A stretch of 64,000 nt of DNA from Cyanophora paradoxa CCMP329 (taxonomy: Eukaryota > Plantae > Glaucophyta). Positions 31,387 through 44,323 of the stretch are shown in pieces. The position numbers were made by a program, and so were the translations under genes. The first letter of the stretch is position 1. Every line of letters begins with the position of its first letter. The stretch lies in assembly GCA_004431415.1 (NCBI GenBank), contig QPMI01000513.1, forward strand, positions 62,001 through 126,000, in the 5' to 3' direction. The notes beneath the pieces were generated by a model. It had not been told where the DNA came from, did not search any database, and saw nothing but the letters and a program-made list of their open reading frames with translations.

Positions 31387-33987
31387 TCACGCGACGTCGG
31401 TGGTCGCGAGGGGAGGGGGCGCCCCGGCCCCGCCTGGCGGCCCCGGCGGGGCGGCGAGCCTGCCCCCGCCGTCCACGGGCGCCCCGCGCACGTCGACGAC
31501 GCTCACGTCGCGGCTGAAGCGGCCCACCAGCGCCCGCAGGAACCCGTCCACCACCTCCGCCGTACCCCTCTCCGCCTCCTCCCCCCCGGCGCCGAGCTTG
31601 CCACCCGCAGCTGCAGCTGTCCCGTTGCCGAAGGAGAGGTACTCCAGCTCCGCCTCCGCCCCCCTGAGGGGGGTACCGGCGCGCCCGGCCTCGAGGACCT
31701 CCAGCACGTCGGCGCGCAGCTGCGGGAACGGTCACTAACGCGGGGGCTGACAAAGTCGAACCGGGAGGGGTGCGCGCGTGCCTCGACGCGGATGGTGCGG
31801 CCGTCCTTGGCGGGGTAGTGCCTCACGACGGAGCCAAGCGGGGTGGTGGTGCCCTCGTCCTTCCTCGGGGCGTCGCCAGCGGCGGCCCGCTGGGTGGACG
31901 GGGCGGCGGTCGCAGCGGCGGAGGCGGCGGCGCTAGCGGCGACGTTGGGCGGGTGCCTCGCCACGGTGTAGTAGAAGACGCCGGCGCAGAACTGGGCCCG
32001 CGTTAGGCTCGCCCGCTCGGCAGCCGAAGCAGCTTGGGGTGGGAGGGGGAGCTTCAGGGGGTACTTCGCACCAGCCCGCCCCCGATGATGTTCCCAATCG
32101 TTACCGTGAAGAGGTTCCGGAACAGGATCTGCGGGGACCATCCAGTCGAGGGGTACACGCGCGGAGGCTGCAGAGGGTACAAGCGACTCGGCGGACCTGG
32201 GCCCACGTGACTTGGGCCCCGTAGAAGTACCCCAGCGGCAGGAAGAACTGGCGGGGGGTTACAGGGCCGGGGGGTAGGGTCCCAGGGGTCAGGAGAGCAC
32301 CATGTTGGCGACGGAATGCTGCAGGGCGGGGGCGACGGGGGCGGGGGGCGGGGGCGGGGGCGGGGCGGGGTGGGGCGTCGTCAGTGATCGGGGGCGCCTC
32401 GCGAGGGCGCGGGCACGGGGGGCGGCGGCACCTCGAAGCCGACGATGACGAAGGTCGCGATGGGGAACCTGCGCGACGGGGCGGCGCGGCGCGCAGCTCA
32501 CCCCGAGGCGAGGGGGCGCCCGCCCCGGGGCGCTCGCGGGGCCTGGCGGGGCACTCAAAGGAGCGCTAGCGCTAGGGGCGCCCCTCGTGCGCGTCTGAGC
32601 TCTGAGCTGGATCGAGCGCCGGGAGCCGGAGCACTTTCGTGACACGCGCGTAAGCCTCTCTGGCTTATCCCTGCTCACCAGATGGCCATGATCTTCGATA
32701 GAACGTCGTCGGCGGCGGCCTGGCACCAGATTGCCAGACAGACCAGCCTGCCCCGCGCAGTTGTCAGCGGTCCCGGCTGGGCCCGGGCTTGACGGAGGGC
32801 GCCAGGCGGGGGCACCAGTTGCAGCCGATGGCGCGCACGAAGATCTGCCCCAGCGGCGTCGTCGCGCCCCTGCGAGGGAGGGGGCGCCCCGCCGCCGGCG
32901 CACGATCAGAGTCTCGGAGAAAAAGCGGTGCCGCGGGGGTTCGAGCCGGCATCCCGCGCACTTCTTTTCGGCGAGGCCGCGGAGGGCGTCTCGGTACGTC
33001 GGGTCGTTGAAGAGGCCGCCCTGGATCGAATAATTCAAATTCGAGAGAGGGGAGAGAGGGAGAAGGGGGTACACGCTAGCCAGGAAGCAGAGGAAGTAGG
33101 CGAGCGCGATAGAGCCCACAAGGTTGCCGAGCCTGCGGTACCGCCGTTAAAACGGAATTGCGGGGGCGTGGAGGGCGGGGAGGGGGTACCAGACGACGGC
33201 CCAGTTGCGGGCGAGGGCGCGCAGGGAGTCGCTGCGCGGCCGCTCCAGCACCAGAACGACCATCGCCATGAAGTTCCCTGCGCGGCCGCGCCTTGGGTTG
33301 GCATTCCGCATCGCGACCCGCCGGGCGCGTACCCGTGACGAGCTCTGCGCCTGTCAGGACCACAAGCACGAGGCCGACAGGGAAGACGGCCGCAAAGTGG
33401 AGCTTGGCCAACCGTGCGCCCCCGACCGTGTCAGCTCAAGGAGGGGGGGCAGCGGCGGGCCCGCGCTTATCTGGATTGTCATGCCGCTCTTGGACAGCGC
33501 CCTGGCGGGGCGCTCGGAGCGTCGGCGCGCGGCGGCGATGGAGGCAGCAAAAAGAGAGCACATGCGCACGAGTCCGACGGTGACGGCGCTGAGGCCCCCG
33601 AAGGCGATGAAGCATCTGCGGAGGGTGTTCGGCGACATGTACAGTGCCGACCCCGGCCCTGCGCTCCCCGCCACGCACCCTGCGAGAATGCCGAGGACAA
33701 ATTGCCTGCGCGTGAACAATGAGCGCCGCTCTCTCGAACGCTGGCCTGGGCAGGCGAGGGCGGGCAAAGCCAGATCAAGCGCTCGGCCGGGCATTAGCTA
33801 AGTGCGGCAGCGGTGCTCGACGCTACTGCGCCATTCAGAAGGCGCTTTCGGAGCCTACGAACCGCGCGCGGCACGCCCCGGCGAGGCCGCATTGAAGAGT
33901 TGCGCACCTTTGCCAATTCAGTTGGGTCTTCGCCAGGCCAGCAGACGACAAAGCGTTCCAGACTTGAATTGGAGACTTCACCGCCAT
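31387..33987 (-). CDS. Formate/nitrite transporter (FNT, NAR1-like) with a long C-terminal tail
   Basis: Motifs QFVLGILAGCFIAFGG, FPVGLVLVVLTGAELVTG, FVRAIGCNW, HSVANM and VTIGNIIGG. Start MAVKSPIQVW. Roughly 190 extra residues follow the last TM helix. Confidence 0.88.
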
Positions 33988-34133
33988 AGCAGCAATTAAC
34001 TGCCGCGCACAGGACCGCCCGCCACTCGTACCCCGGCCCGGACCTCAACGTCCTCACGGTCGCCAACCGCTGCTCACGCCCGCAGACCCGTGCCTTTCTA
34101 CCAGCGAAAGGCAACGATCTCAACCAAGCGACG

Positions 34134-34994
34134 ATGGGGAACAGCCAAAAGAAGAAGGCGCCCGAGGTCGAGGTGACCGACCAGGACCGCGCCGTCCTCG
34201 ACCTCAAGGTCCAGCGCGACAAGCTGAAGCAGTACCGCAAGCGCGTACGCACCGCCGCCCGCCCCGCTTTCCTGCCCGCTGACAGCGTCGGCCAGGTCGA
34301 GACGCTCATGGAGCAGGAGAGCGCGGTGGCCATGCAGCTCCTGCGGGAGAAGAAGAAGGATCGGGCGCTGCTAGCGCTGCGGCGCAAGAAGTACCAGGAG
34401 CAGCTGCTGCAGAAGACCGAGGCCATCATCATGAACCTCGAGCAGATGGCCCGCACCGCCTTCGGCCCCGCGCCGACGGATTCCTGACGCTCCGCCGCGC
34501 AGGTGAACAGCATCGAGTTCGCGCAGATGCAGGCGCGCGTCGTGGAGAGCATGAAGGAGGGGAACGCGGCGCTGAAGGCGATCCAGGCGGAGCTCTCCGT
34601 CGACTCCGTGCGGTCCCCAGCCGAGCGACGCGCTCGCCACGCTAGCGCGCCCGAGCCGCAACGGGCGCAGATCGAGCGGCTGATGGAAGACACGGAGGAA
34701 TCGCTGGCGAAGCAGCGGGAGATCGACGAGGTCCTGTGCCGCAACCTGCGCCCCGAGGACGACGCCGCCGCCGAGCGCGAGCTCCAGCGCATCGAGCAGG
34801 AGGTCCGCCGCGCCGCCGGCCCCGCGCTCCCGCCTCCCGCTTGACGCCCCCGCCCGCCCGCGCAGCTCCTGTCGGGCGCCCTGCCCTCGGTGCCGAGCGG
34901 GGCCGTCGCCGCGACCGCGGCGGCATCCTCCGCCGTCGCGCAGCCGCAGCGGCCGCAGCAACCGCAGCAGCGCATCGCATTGCCTGCTTCTTGA
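34134..34994 (+). CDS. VPS20: ESCRT-III subunit VPS20/CHMP6
   Basis: Myristoylation-type MGNSQKK start, VTDQDRAVLDLKVQRDKLKQY, ALLALRRKKYQEQLL and SIEFAQ. Four introns, one of them GC-AG (34449-34502). Confidence 0.93.
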
Positions 34995-35489
34995 CCCGAG
35001 GACCGCGACGGGACTCTGGCACAGCGCGCGGGGTCACACCGGGCAGGCGGGGGCGCGCTGGGCGCGGCGGGCTCGTCTCTGAGTCCCCCCCCCCCCCACC
35101 CCCACCCAACCTCCCCCCCCCACCCCCCCACCCCCCCACCCCAACCCCCACCCCCCACCCACCCTGCGCGGCCCACCCCCCACCCCCAGGTGGGGCGCGC
35201 GGCCTCTGCGATCCCGACTCCCGGGCACTGCGTGCACTGCGCTCCGCCGCCCCCCGGCCGGCGCCCCCGCGCCCCCTCGGCCCGGCTGTTGGCGGCCGAC
35301 CAAGGTCCGACCGTCGACGCCAGCCTCGGCCCATGGCCGCCTGAACCAGCTCCGGCCCCCGGGCCACCAGCTATCTATCTCCGTCGGCCGAATTAATGCC
35401 CCCATGTGGGATCTCGAAGACTCCGAGGCTCTGGAATTGAGTCTGAATGCGCTCAGAAAATGAAATTAAACATGTAATTATTATAATTA

Positions 35490-36644
35490 TTTTTTTTTGA
35501 GAGACTACGGTGGGGCGAACCCCCCGTAGGTAGTGATATTAGGGACAACAAAGCAATCACAAATCAAAGATACAGTAAACTAGCACAAAATACAGAATCA
35601 AGAGGGAGCACGAGAAGGGACACGATCAGAAGAACGCAAAAGATAATATTTTTTTTTGCAAAAAGGACGTCGCATTGATACACCACGGCACATGTATCAA
35701 TGTTCTACGTGACGTGCCCTTCCGACCGGTCATCTATCTAGCCGAAGATGCTAGCTAGGTGCCGGCCATGGGTCGCTCAATATGGGAGGTTCGCCTGAGT
35801 GGGGGAGCCATGGTTTTCGGTGATAGCCGTAACCAGACCCGCGCGCCCACCCCTTGATCAACTCCTCCATCCCTCATGAGCCCTGGAAGTGAAATGTCTC
35901 GCAGTCCGCCGCCCGCCCTTGCCGCCGCTCCGTCACCCCGCCTCCCCCTCACTCCGCCACCTCCCTCCTCCTCACCTGCGCCCCAGGCCCCCGATTAGAC
36001 GGTGTCCCGTTTTGTCAAGGTGAAGAAGGTGGTAGGAGGAAGAGATGAGGAAGGAGAGGGAGTGGGCAGAGGCAGCGGTAGGGGGTGGACAGCGGATGCG
36101 GGGCAGGGCTGGGAGAGGTGCCGGGATGAAGGAATGGAGGGAGCGTGGGCAGTTACAGACGGCGCAGTGAGCCGGGAGTGCGGAGGCGAGGCGGGCCGCG
36201 AGGAGTCGGGTGGGTTCGACCGGGTTTGAGGGTGGGGCTGAAGGCGTGGGGGTGGCCGAAGCCACGGGGTTGGCCGAAGCCAGGGGGGTGGCCGAAGCCG
36301 ATGGGGTGGCCGAAGCCGAGGGGGGGACCGAGGCCATTGGGGGGGCCGAAGCCGTGGAGGTGGCCGGAGCCGGCGGGGGGTCTGACACTGGAGGGCCGGT
36401 TGGGGTCGGGGGGGGGGGACCGTGGGGGGCCGAGGGGCGGTTATGTGCAAGGTGTCGGTTTGGATCGGGGAAGTTGACTGAACAGAAGAACGCAAAAGAT
36501 AAGGAGAACGAGCACGAGGAGAAGGAGTAGAAGAGCTCAGGGACGTCGACGCAGAAGTACTAGTCACACTAGAACGACGAGGAGCACGGGGACGCAGCGA
36601 ATAAGGAGAACGAGCATGAGGAACTACAGTCGAAGACGAAGATC
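35490..36644 (-). mobile_element. Short poly(A) retroposon (~300 bp, SINE-like), interrupted by a nested insertion
   Basis: 12-bp TSD TTATTATAATTA at 35478-35489 and 36645-36656. T-run at 35490-35498 corresponds to a poly(A) tail. Hairpin CTACGG...CCGTAG lies next to the tail. Confidence 0.8.
35647..36482 (-). mobile_element. Nested non-autonomous poly(A) retroelement (836 bp)
   Basis: 20-bp TSD CAGAAGAACGCAAAAGATAA at 35627-35646 and 36483-36502. Poly-T at 35649-35657. 3' stem-loop CATTGATACA...TGTATCAATG. Internal 18-bp tandem repeats (ggggtggccgaagccnnn) at ~36247-36370. Confidence 0.85.
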
Positions 36645-36726
36645 TTATTATAATTAACTCAATACAAATTCGAAGCCGTTGCAACTAACGCTAACTATAT
36701 TTAATGCCACGTGCACATGTACATGA

Positions 36727-37420
36727 CAAGCAGGGGGGGCTCGAGCTCCGCCCCCCCCCGCACCCCCCCCCGCTTGCTAGCTGGCCAATCGGAATCGCTG
36801 GGTTTAATTGACCAATCACCAAGTCGCCCGAGTTTTAGACTGTAGCTTTTTGACTGGACTCGCCGTAGTGAGCGATTTCAACTCAACTGGGTACACTGAT
36901 ACTTGAGCAGGTGTTCGGACTTGTATATATACACCATGCCCGGGTACACGAAAGCCCAATACTATGCGGGCTCAGCGGCTGGCAAAGCACTGTTTTTTTC
37001 GACTCAATCTATCAGTCAGACAATTACACCATTGGTGGGCAGTTTTGCTGGCAGGATTTTCCTTTTTTCTTCCTCTTGAAGCTCGCAGCCGCCGTAGTTC
37101 GGATGGTCCCAAATGTGTTCAGAACTTACCAGTGGCAGCCTCCGTTTTGCGAGTTTCAAATTCCCAGTCTGGGCCGGTAGTGAAGCGAAGAGCTAGTAAT
37201 ATAAACTAGTTATACAGTTAATATCGATTCGATCCTTGCAATTGCGGACCACCGCTACTGCAACTAAAAAAAGTCGGAGGCCCCGACTTGGCGAGGGCCG
37301 AGAACAGTAGAAAATAGTTCAAACATACTTTTCCGACTAAGAATACGAAATAAGAGTCTCTTGCTCTTGGAGCTACTAGGCTAGGACAAGAATAAATTCT
37401 CTTCGACAGGGATAGCGAGA
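36727..37420 (-). mobile_element. Helitron-like non-autonomous element (5' end tentative)
   Basis: The minus-strand 3' end GnTGCGn-CGGAG..CCCCCCC-TG-CTTG|T matches the ends at 61043 and 62996. There is a candidate A|TC 5' end at 37420 and no TSD. Confidence 0.5.
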
Positions 37421-37434
37421 TGCCAATATTAATG

Positions 37435-39123
37435 TCAGCCCGGATCGGAAGCTCTATAGCCATATGCCGCCTCGAAGGCGTCGTTCAAGGGGGTGCGACG
37501 TTGAGGGGCCGGGGCGAGCGGGGCGGCTGGAACGCGGGGACCGACTGGTCGCTGTGGCGGCGGCGCCCGTCCGCCGCGCCGGCGGGGCCGTCCACCGCGA
37601 TGCCCGGCGGCGGGCGCGGGGCGGCGTGCGCAATGATGGGGAGGGACGAGGGCGCCTGCGGCCGCGCGTCGCCCGCGGCGAGGGACCGGCGCACGACTGC
37701 GGCCGGATGCGGCGACGGGGCGGGGCCGGGGCCGGCGAGCCGGCGCCCAGGGAGCGGGGGAGGGCGGGGCCGGGGCCCCGATGGCAGCAGGCACGCTGAC
37801 GGTGAGTCGCTTTGCGGCGGCGAGGGGGAGGCGGGCCGCGGGGCCGAGCTCGAAGGCGGGGCCGGGGAGAGAGCGCGGTCGGCGCGGGGGAGGGGCGCGG
37901 GCTGAGGGGCCGTCCGGCGGCGGGCGGGGCAGGGGAGAGGGCCCGGGCGCTCCCGGGGGCGGCGACGTGCAGGGTCAGAGAGCGGCTGCGCGGTTTCGGG
38001 CCGCCGGCCGGGGGCGCCGCCGCCGCCGCCGGCTTGGCGGGGACGGGCGGCCCCTTGGCGCGCTCGACCGGGGAGGGCGAGCGGTCGCCGCTGAACGAGG
38101 CCGGCTTGGAGGGGGCGGGGCCGGCGGGGGCGCCCCGGACGGACTTGTTGCCGCTGAGGTGGCCACAGAGGGCCGCCTCGTCGGCCAGCGGGCTCGCCGG
38201 CCCCGCCCCGCCCTCCTCCAGCTGCACCGAGCGGATCTTGATCGACTTCACCGTCCAGTTCGATCCCGAGTGCGCTGCGCGAGAGCGAGCGTCGGGGGCC
38301 GGGGCAAGAGATCCAGGCACGGCGGGCTCGGCGGGGGGCGCACGGAGACCCCCGGGGGGCCGCTCGGCCGGCCCGGCGCCGGCGCCCGCCTCGGCTCCCG
38401 CCTCGCCACCGTCGCCCTCGTCGTCGCTCGGCGGGGGCTTCAGCTTCGCCGACGACGTCGATTTGATCTTGATGGTCCATTGGGACGGCTTCGCTGGCGC
38501 CTCCTCCGAGTCCGAACTCGCGCGCGCCCCGCCGTCGCCTGTCGAGGGGCGTCGTGAGCTTGCGCAGGCGGCCGCCGGGCGCCGCGGCTTCGACCGGTCC
38601 AAGCTAGCGCTCACCGCGGCTGTTGGCGGGCGCCTGGAGCTCGGCTTCGTCGCTACGGTGCGCCCCAAGGTCCGCAACGTGGACGGGGACCGTGCCCGGG
38701 TCGCTGAAGCGCACGCCGGAGCCCCCGCGGGCGCCGTTCTTGAGGATCCCGCGCGGCGCTGGCGCCTGGGCCGGCGCCTGATCCTGCAAGCTTGCCGGCG
38801 CGAGTCTGAAGTTGCCCGAGTGGTTGACCTCCAGGAGCGCACCGCCCGCTTCTAGATCGGGAAGCGAGTCAACCACCATCGCGTGCGGAGGGCACGTGGC
38901 TCGTAAACCGGGCATCGATGTCGCGCACCGGCGGAATCTTCGTCGTCCTCTGCTGGAGGCGTCTTCAGCTTCATGCTGGAGGCCGCCTTGATCTTCACAG
39001 TCCACCGCTCACGCGCTGGGGCGGGGCGTCGGCTATATCCGAGGCGGTCACTTGGGTGCGGGGGCGGGCGTGCGCACGGGAGCTCGATGACGCTTCGCCA
39101 ACCACATCCGCGGGCGATGCCAT
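37435..39123 (-). CDS. Low-complexity Pro/Ser/Ala-rich protein with three W-T-[VI]-K motifs
   Basis: Hand-spliced exons contain RWTVKIKAASSMKLK, SQWTIKIKSTSSAKLK, SNWTVKSIKIRS and RGILKNG...GVRFSD. The 3' end is uncertain. Confidence 0.55.
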
Positions 39124-40202
39124 GCCCTCTCCGCTGTCCGTGACAGGCCTCTACTGTTCGGGCGAGTGGGCGATGGCGCCACGCATTCGCCCGCATGCGC
39201 ACGCGTGCTGCTGCAACGTTAACTGCGTTGACTGCTAGCTTGACCGCTGCGCATGCATGCTGCTGGAGATGTCAAGATCACTGGCCATGGCCATCGACGC
39301 TGCGGCTGCGTGAGATCATCCCGCCTCAACAAGTAGAAGCTCCGCTCGACTTCACGTGGTCCAATCCCACGAACTGGAGCCCCGTAGTTGAGATCCGTCT
39401 AGCTTGTAGACGTTCTGTCTGCAGCCTGCATGTTTCTCGAAGTACAAGTAGAAGCTCCGCGAGCTCATTACCCCCTTTTCGCGTTCAAGTCCTGTTTCAA
39501 CTTTCAAGTGAGCGCGCGTGACACGGCCGGAGCACCTGAATCAGGCTGCATGATGCTGAATATGCATCATCGAGATCAGACTCGGGTCGGACTGGGTTTA
39601 GACGCATGATGAGGCCTGCAGGCTGCAGGGCAGTGCAGGCTGCAGCCTGCAGGCTGCAGCCTCAGCCAGCTCGCGGCCTGCAGCGCTAGCGCCTAACTAA
39701 ATTGCACGTTAGGCCCTGCTGTTCAAGAGCTCGCGATCGAGCTGGAGCCGGAGGCGCCGGCTGCGCCTTCGACGTCGATCGCATGCTTGCCAAGTTGCGG
39801 CTCGGAGCTCTGCGCGTGCTCAATATCGGTCTGCGTGCTCTCCCGGACCCGGGAGTCCAATCCGGGGCTCCAGGAGCTCGCCCTGGCCAGCGACGTTTTG
39901 CACATGCTGACATCGACGTAAAAGCAAATTGCATTTGGAGACAAGCATCCGCCGCGACGCGGCCGCAACGTTAACACACGAGGCCTTGGCCGCGCGCGAT
40001 GGCAGAAGGTCTGGAGGGACCCCCCCACGCCCAGCTTCAGGCACTGTTCTGGCGTCGCTGGCGTCACTACTAGTACTACGAGCAAAGCGGAACCCCAGTG
40101 CTGCTGCCCTGCTGCCCTACGTAAACCCTCTGGAAAAGCTCCTGGAACGATAAGCTGCAAGTCCTGCGCTCCCCGCGCGCTGCGCCGCGGCGCCCCGGGC
40201 GG

Positions 40203-42031
40203 CTACTGCCTCGGCTGGGCCTTCTCCTCCTCGTCGGCCGCCACCGGCTCGTCCTCCACGGCGCTCGCCTCCGGGTCCGACTGCAGGCCGATCTTCTGCG
40301 CGTACCTGTGGGGGCGCCGGTGAGATGGGCCCCGGCGCCGGCTCGGGCGGGGGCGGGGGGCACCAGATCCAGTGGAAGCTGCCGAGGAAGGTGTTGGCGG
40401 TGCGGAGGATGGTGGAGGCGGCCGCCGAGGCGACCGGGTTGCCGTGCAGCAGCGGGTCGATCACCAGCGCCTCGATCCCGTTCACCGCCTGCGCCCCGCG
40501 CGCCCCGGTCACGCCACGCTGGGCGCCGAGAGGGGCGAGCCGGCGCGGGGGGGCGGGCCTGGTAGCGGGTGTTGCTGGAGAGGCACATGAAGGAGCCCCA
40601 GCCGAGGGAGGTCTCCAGCACGGGCGCCAGCTTCACGTCCGAGTGCGAGCTCGGGTTCAGCACCGACCGCAGCTTCACCAGGCCCTGCGCAAGCAAGCGT
40701 CGGCGCCGGCGGGGCGCGCCAGCGGTGCGGGCTGGCGGGCGGGGGGACCTTGGTGAGGGACTGGCCGAGGACGGCAGAGCCGAAGCCGACGCCAAGGAAC
40801 TGGGCGCCCTTATAGGCGAACCCGGCGGCGCGCTGGGCCACCGTGAAGTCGCCGTGCTGGAACGCGTTCGAAGGCAGCGAGTGCAGGTACTTGCCGATCG
40901 CCGACGGCCTGAGAGAAGGAGGAGGAGGCGGTCATCGGCGCGCGCCCCCGGGTGGCGGCGGGGATCGGGGACGGCCGCCGGCGCACCGGTGCTTGACGCC
41001 CGTGTTGAGGACAGGTGCCAGGAGCCAGACGAGCGCGAAGTCGCCGCAGATCTCCAGAGCGAGGTCCGAGATTACGAAATCCATCTCCTGCTCGTGCGCG
41101 AGTTAGCGCGAGCCCGGAGCGCGCGAAGATCAAATGTGTCGAGACGCGCCCGCAAGAACTTCTCCTTCCGCGCGTCCACCTCCGCGATGCTCTTCATTGT
41201 AACACCGACGACCTCCTCGATGCCGATCTTCACGAGGAACCTGGTGTACGAAGAAAAGGAAAGACGAACGAGGTCAGAAGAAAGACGAAAGATAACGTGT
41301 AGTCTAGGGCCACGGCCGCCACCCCGCGCGCACTTCGGATCGGCGAGTATGCGGTTGCGGAAGCCCGCAAAGCCCATAAAAGCGCCCAGCGGGCCCTTGC
41401 AGGTGCTGAAGTACCGCAGCAGCTGGTCCTTTGTCAGGGTCCCGGCCCGAATCGCGGCAGCCAGATCCGAGGGCAGGGACTGCAGTGGCCGATTATCCCG
41501 GAGCACTGCTGCGAGCTCCGAAGGCACGCCGTCCTCCGGCTCACCACCGTCACCCCCACGGCCGCCGTCACCGCCTTCGAAAGGCGGCTCGTTGTCAGCT
41601 CCCTGCGCATGCAAACACCCAGCGCGTTACATACCGCGTCCATTGCTAGAACCATCGCCGCCGCCGCCTGAAGCCAGGCTATCCGCGACGGTCGCGCTGG
41701 TCGAGTCAATCGAGATCGGCGGGATCGACTGGCTCGCGGAAGGTTGCTCCGCGTCGACGGAGGATTCCCGAGGTACCGGCGAGGGTGCAGTGCTGCCCGG
41801 ATTCTCTGCCCGCACGAAGAACGTCGAGGGCGAGCGGCCCGTCTCGCGTACGCAAATCGGGCTCTCGCAGGGGATGAACTGGCGCGCGGGCTTCGCCCGA
41901 ATGCGCCTCTTAGCTGCGTGAGGGTCCGAGAGCGCCCGGAAAGGCTCGGCGGGCGCCGCCAGAGCTGCCGAAAGCTCCACGGAAGTGGCGCGCCGGCTTG
42001 ACACCGGGGCCGGGGCGAACGAGAACGCCAT
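40203..42031 (-). CDS. RETICULATA-related (RER, DUF3411) plastid envelope protein
   Basis: MAFSFAP transit-peptide-like start, a Gly-rich stretch, GFRNRILADPKFLVKIGIEEVVG, AEVDARKEKF, ADFALVWLLAP, SSNTRYQAVNGIE and LRTANTFLGS. Confidence 0.88.
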
Positions 42032-42316
42032 GTTTGCGCGCGTCATCTGGGCCGAACTATGCGCGCTTCAGGCGCCAGGCAAGCGCGAAGCCGATTGATT
42101 TGATGTCTGTACCCGTCGGGAGGGGCTTAGCTGCCGACTTTTTTCCCAGCGGGGGCAGCCTGCTGCAGCTGGCGCATACATGACCAGGCTCAGATCCCGG
42201 CGTGAATGCCAGTAGCTTGAGCTCTTTCGAGCTCGTCGTTAGATTGAGTGCTAGTAATCGCAGTCCTGAGTGCTAGCGGAGGCGCTTGAGAGCCCGACTC
42301 GCGCAGGCCCCGATAG

Positions 42317-43673
42317 ATGACGACCTCTTTCGTCATCTCGGGCGCATGCCTGTCCGCGCTCATCTCCGCGTCGGTGGGGGGCGACACCGACGCGGTTCGC
42401 CTGCATGCGCAACGCCTCGTTAGCCGCGATCTGCGGTCGCCGGGGCTGACGTGTGAGGGTCTTTTAGGAGGGCATGCTCTTCGGTTCGATTTGCACGCGG
42501 CGCGCGAGGCACGTCAACGACGATGACGAGCCCAGCTTTCGCTCGGAGACCACCGTAGGTCCGCGAGGGCGTCGCACGCTCTCGTGCCGCCGCAGCTGAC
42601 CGCGGCCCATATGCATGTTGCAGCGATTCAGTCGTTCATGCACACCGGCCCGCCGCTCAGCTTCTACGGCGCGACGGGCGCCATCGATCGCAGCCGCATC
42701 GCGGCGGTCGTCGCCTCGCGCCCGCCGGTGCGCTTCGGCAGCTGTAGCGCTCGCGCTCTGCATGCACGGCGGCGGGGCCGAGCGGCGGGCGGCAGGGGAC
42801 GGCGCTGCTGGGGTGGTACATGTACAGGCGGGGCGCGGCGCTGCGGCCCTCGGCGCGCGAGGCGGCGGTGCAGCGCGAGCTCGAGGCGCTGCTCCGCGAG
42901 GGCGAGCGCGCCGGCCCCGTCTCAGGCTCCCGCAAGAGCCCCCGCACCGGCGCCGGCGACGCGGGAGCCGATCGCGAGCCGCCCCCCGTACCCGTCTTCC
43001 TGCTCCTCGGAGCCTCCGCCTTCGTTCGCTGCGCGGTGCACCAGTTCGACTTCGTCATGTTCAGGAGGCACCCCGTGTTCCGGTGCGCCCCCGCCCCGCC
43101 CTGGGCACGGCCCCGGCGTCGCCCGATTCGGGGCGCGGGCGCAGGACGCTCTCCGCGGCGCGGCTGAACGTGAGCAGCCTCGTCAACGTCGCGGCGAAGG
43201 AGGAGTTTGCGCCGACTACCCCCCTGAGCCCCCTCCCCCCCTCGTCCTGCTCCTCCTCCCCCGCCTCCGCCTCGGCGCCTTCTTCCTCCGCGCCGGGCTC
43301 CCTCGGCTCGGTGCTGCGGCTGGAGGGGCTGGCGGGGGCGGCGGGGCCCTTCCCGCCCCACGTCCTCGAGCTCGAGCGCCTCTTCAGGGACGCCCTCGGC
43401 GGCGCCGCCCAGCTCGCCGCCAAGGCCCGCCCCCCGCCCGCCCCCGCCTCGCCCCCGCCTCGCCCCCTCGCCGCCTCCCCCGACCGACCCCGGCGCCAGG
43501 TCGCGAGGGCGGAGCGGGAGCTCGAGGAGGCCCGGGCGCGGGGCGGGCGGTCTGCGCGGCGCGCTTCCAGGAGAGAGCGCTCGCGCTCCTCCGAGGGGCG
43601 AGCCGCCGGCCCCGGCCCCGGCCCCGGCAGCGCCGACGCCGCACCCCCAGAGGAGGATCTACTCCAGCTGTAG
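42317..43673 (+). CDS. Abraxas/ABRO1-like (FAM175, MPN- domain) BRCA1-A/BRISC scaffold subunit
   Basis: MTTSFVISGACLSAL..., SFYGATGAID and LLGWYMYRRGAALRPSARE resemble the Abraxas motifs (LSG..LGAL, SFY...G.V, GWYKFRR....RE). A C-terminal coiled coil follows. Identified from recalled motifs, not a search. Confidence 0.7.
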
Positions 43674-44323
43674 GCGTAGACAGTTTTTAGGAGTCTGCTT
43701 CTCCTTATCTGCCAGCCGCAGACGAGATCCCAACTTGCAGCTTGGGACGTAGTTGAAAGCCCGGCCCCCCGGGACACCGGCCATGCGCTAGATTTAAAGC
43801 CCTTCGAATTTTGATCTGCAGAGCCCTCGGCAAGGTTCGCGGTTCGAATTCGTCAGATGGCGCCGGCCCGCGCTGATACTTATGATGATAAGGATCCGAA
43901 AAGCGTGGTTCGGCAAACTCACACACAGTAACCTGTCATGAACTACCTAGCTATCATGGCTGTCGCCTAGTGGGGGCTGTGGGCCTCGATACGAAAGACG
44001 GACGTGACATGTACACTGCGGTAGTAGTACAGGTTGCTAATAACACTGAGAAAATGCAATTCCGATGATCGTAAAATGAAAGTAAAAGCCTGAAACTTGA
44101 AAGAACTGGCTGGAATAAAGCATGAATCATGATCAAGACTATGATCGGACTGATCGCGATGCCGACTTGCTGGTCGGATTGCACTGGAGCTAGCTAGCTA
44201 GCCCTAGCGTTGCTGCTGCTGACTGCAGCAGCGATGGCTGTGGTGCATCAAATTCGAATGGAAGGAGGAGCCTGGTACCGGTCGGCCTGCGGCGGGGGCC
44301 GGCTCGGGGCCTCGGGCTCGGGC

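Noticed and set aside
35506-35534. Hairpin plus GTAG|T read as a Helitron 3' end
   Set aside because: It is better explained as the 3' stem-loop of the minus-strand retroposon defined by a poly(A) tail and a 12-bp TSD.
36247-36370. Regularly spaced repeats resembling a CRISPR array
   Set aside because: They are 18-bp tandem units with no unique spacers, inside a retroposon in eukaryotic DNA, and there are no cas genes.
39195-40160. Possible gene fragment (FTWSNPTNWS; FDVDRMLAKLRLG)
   Set aside because: I could not build a consistent spliced model or assign a family, so I left it unannotated.
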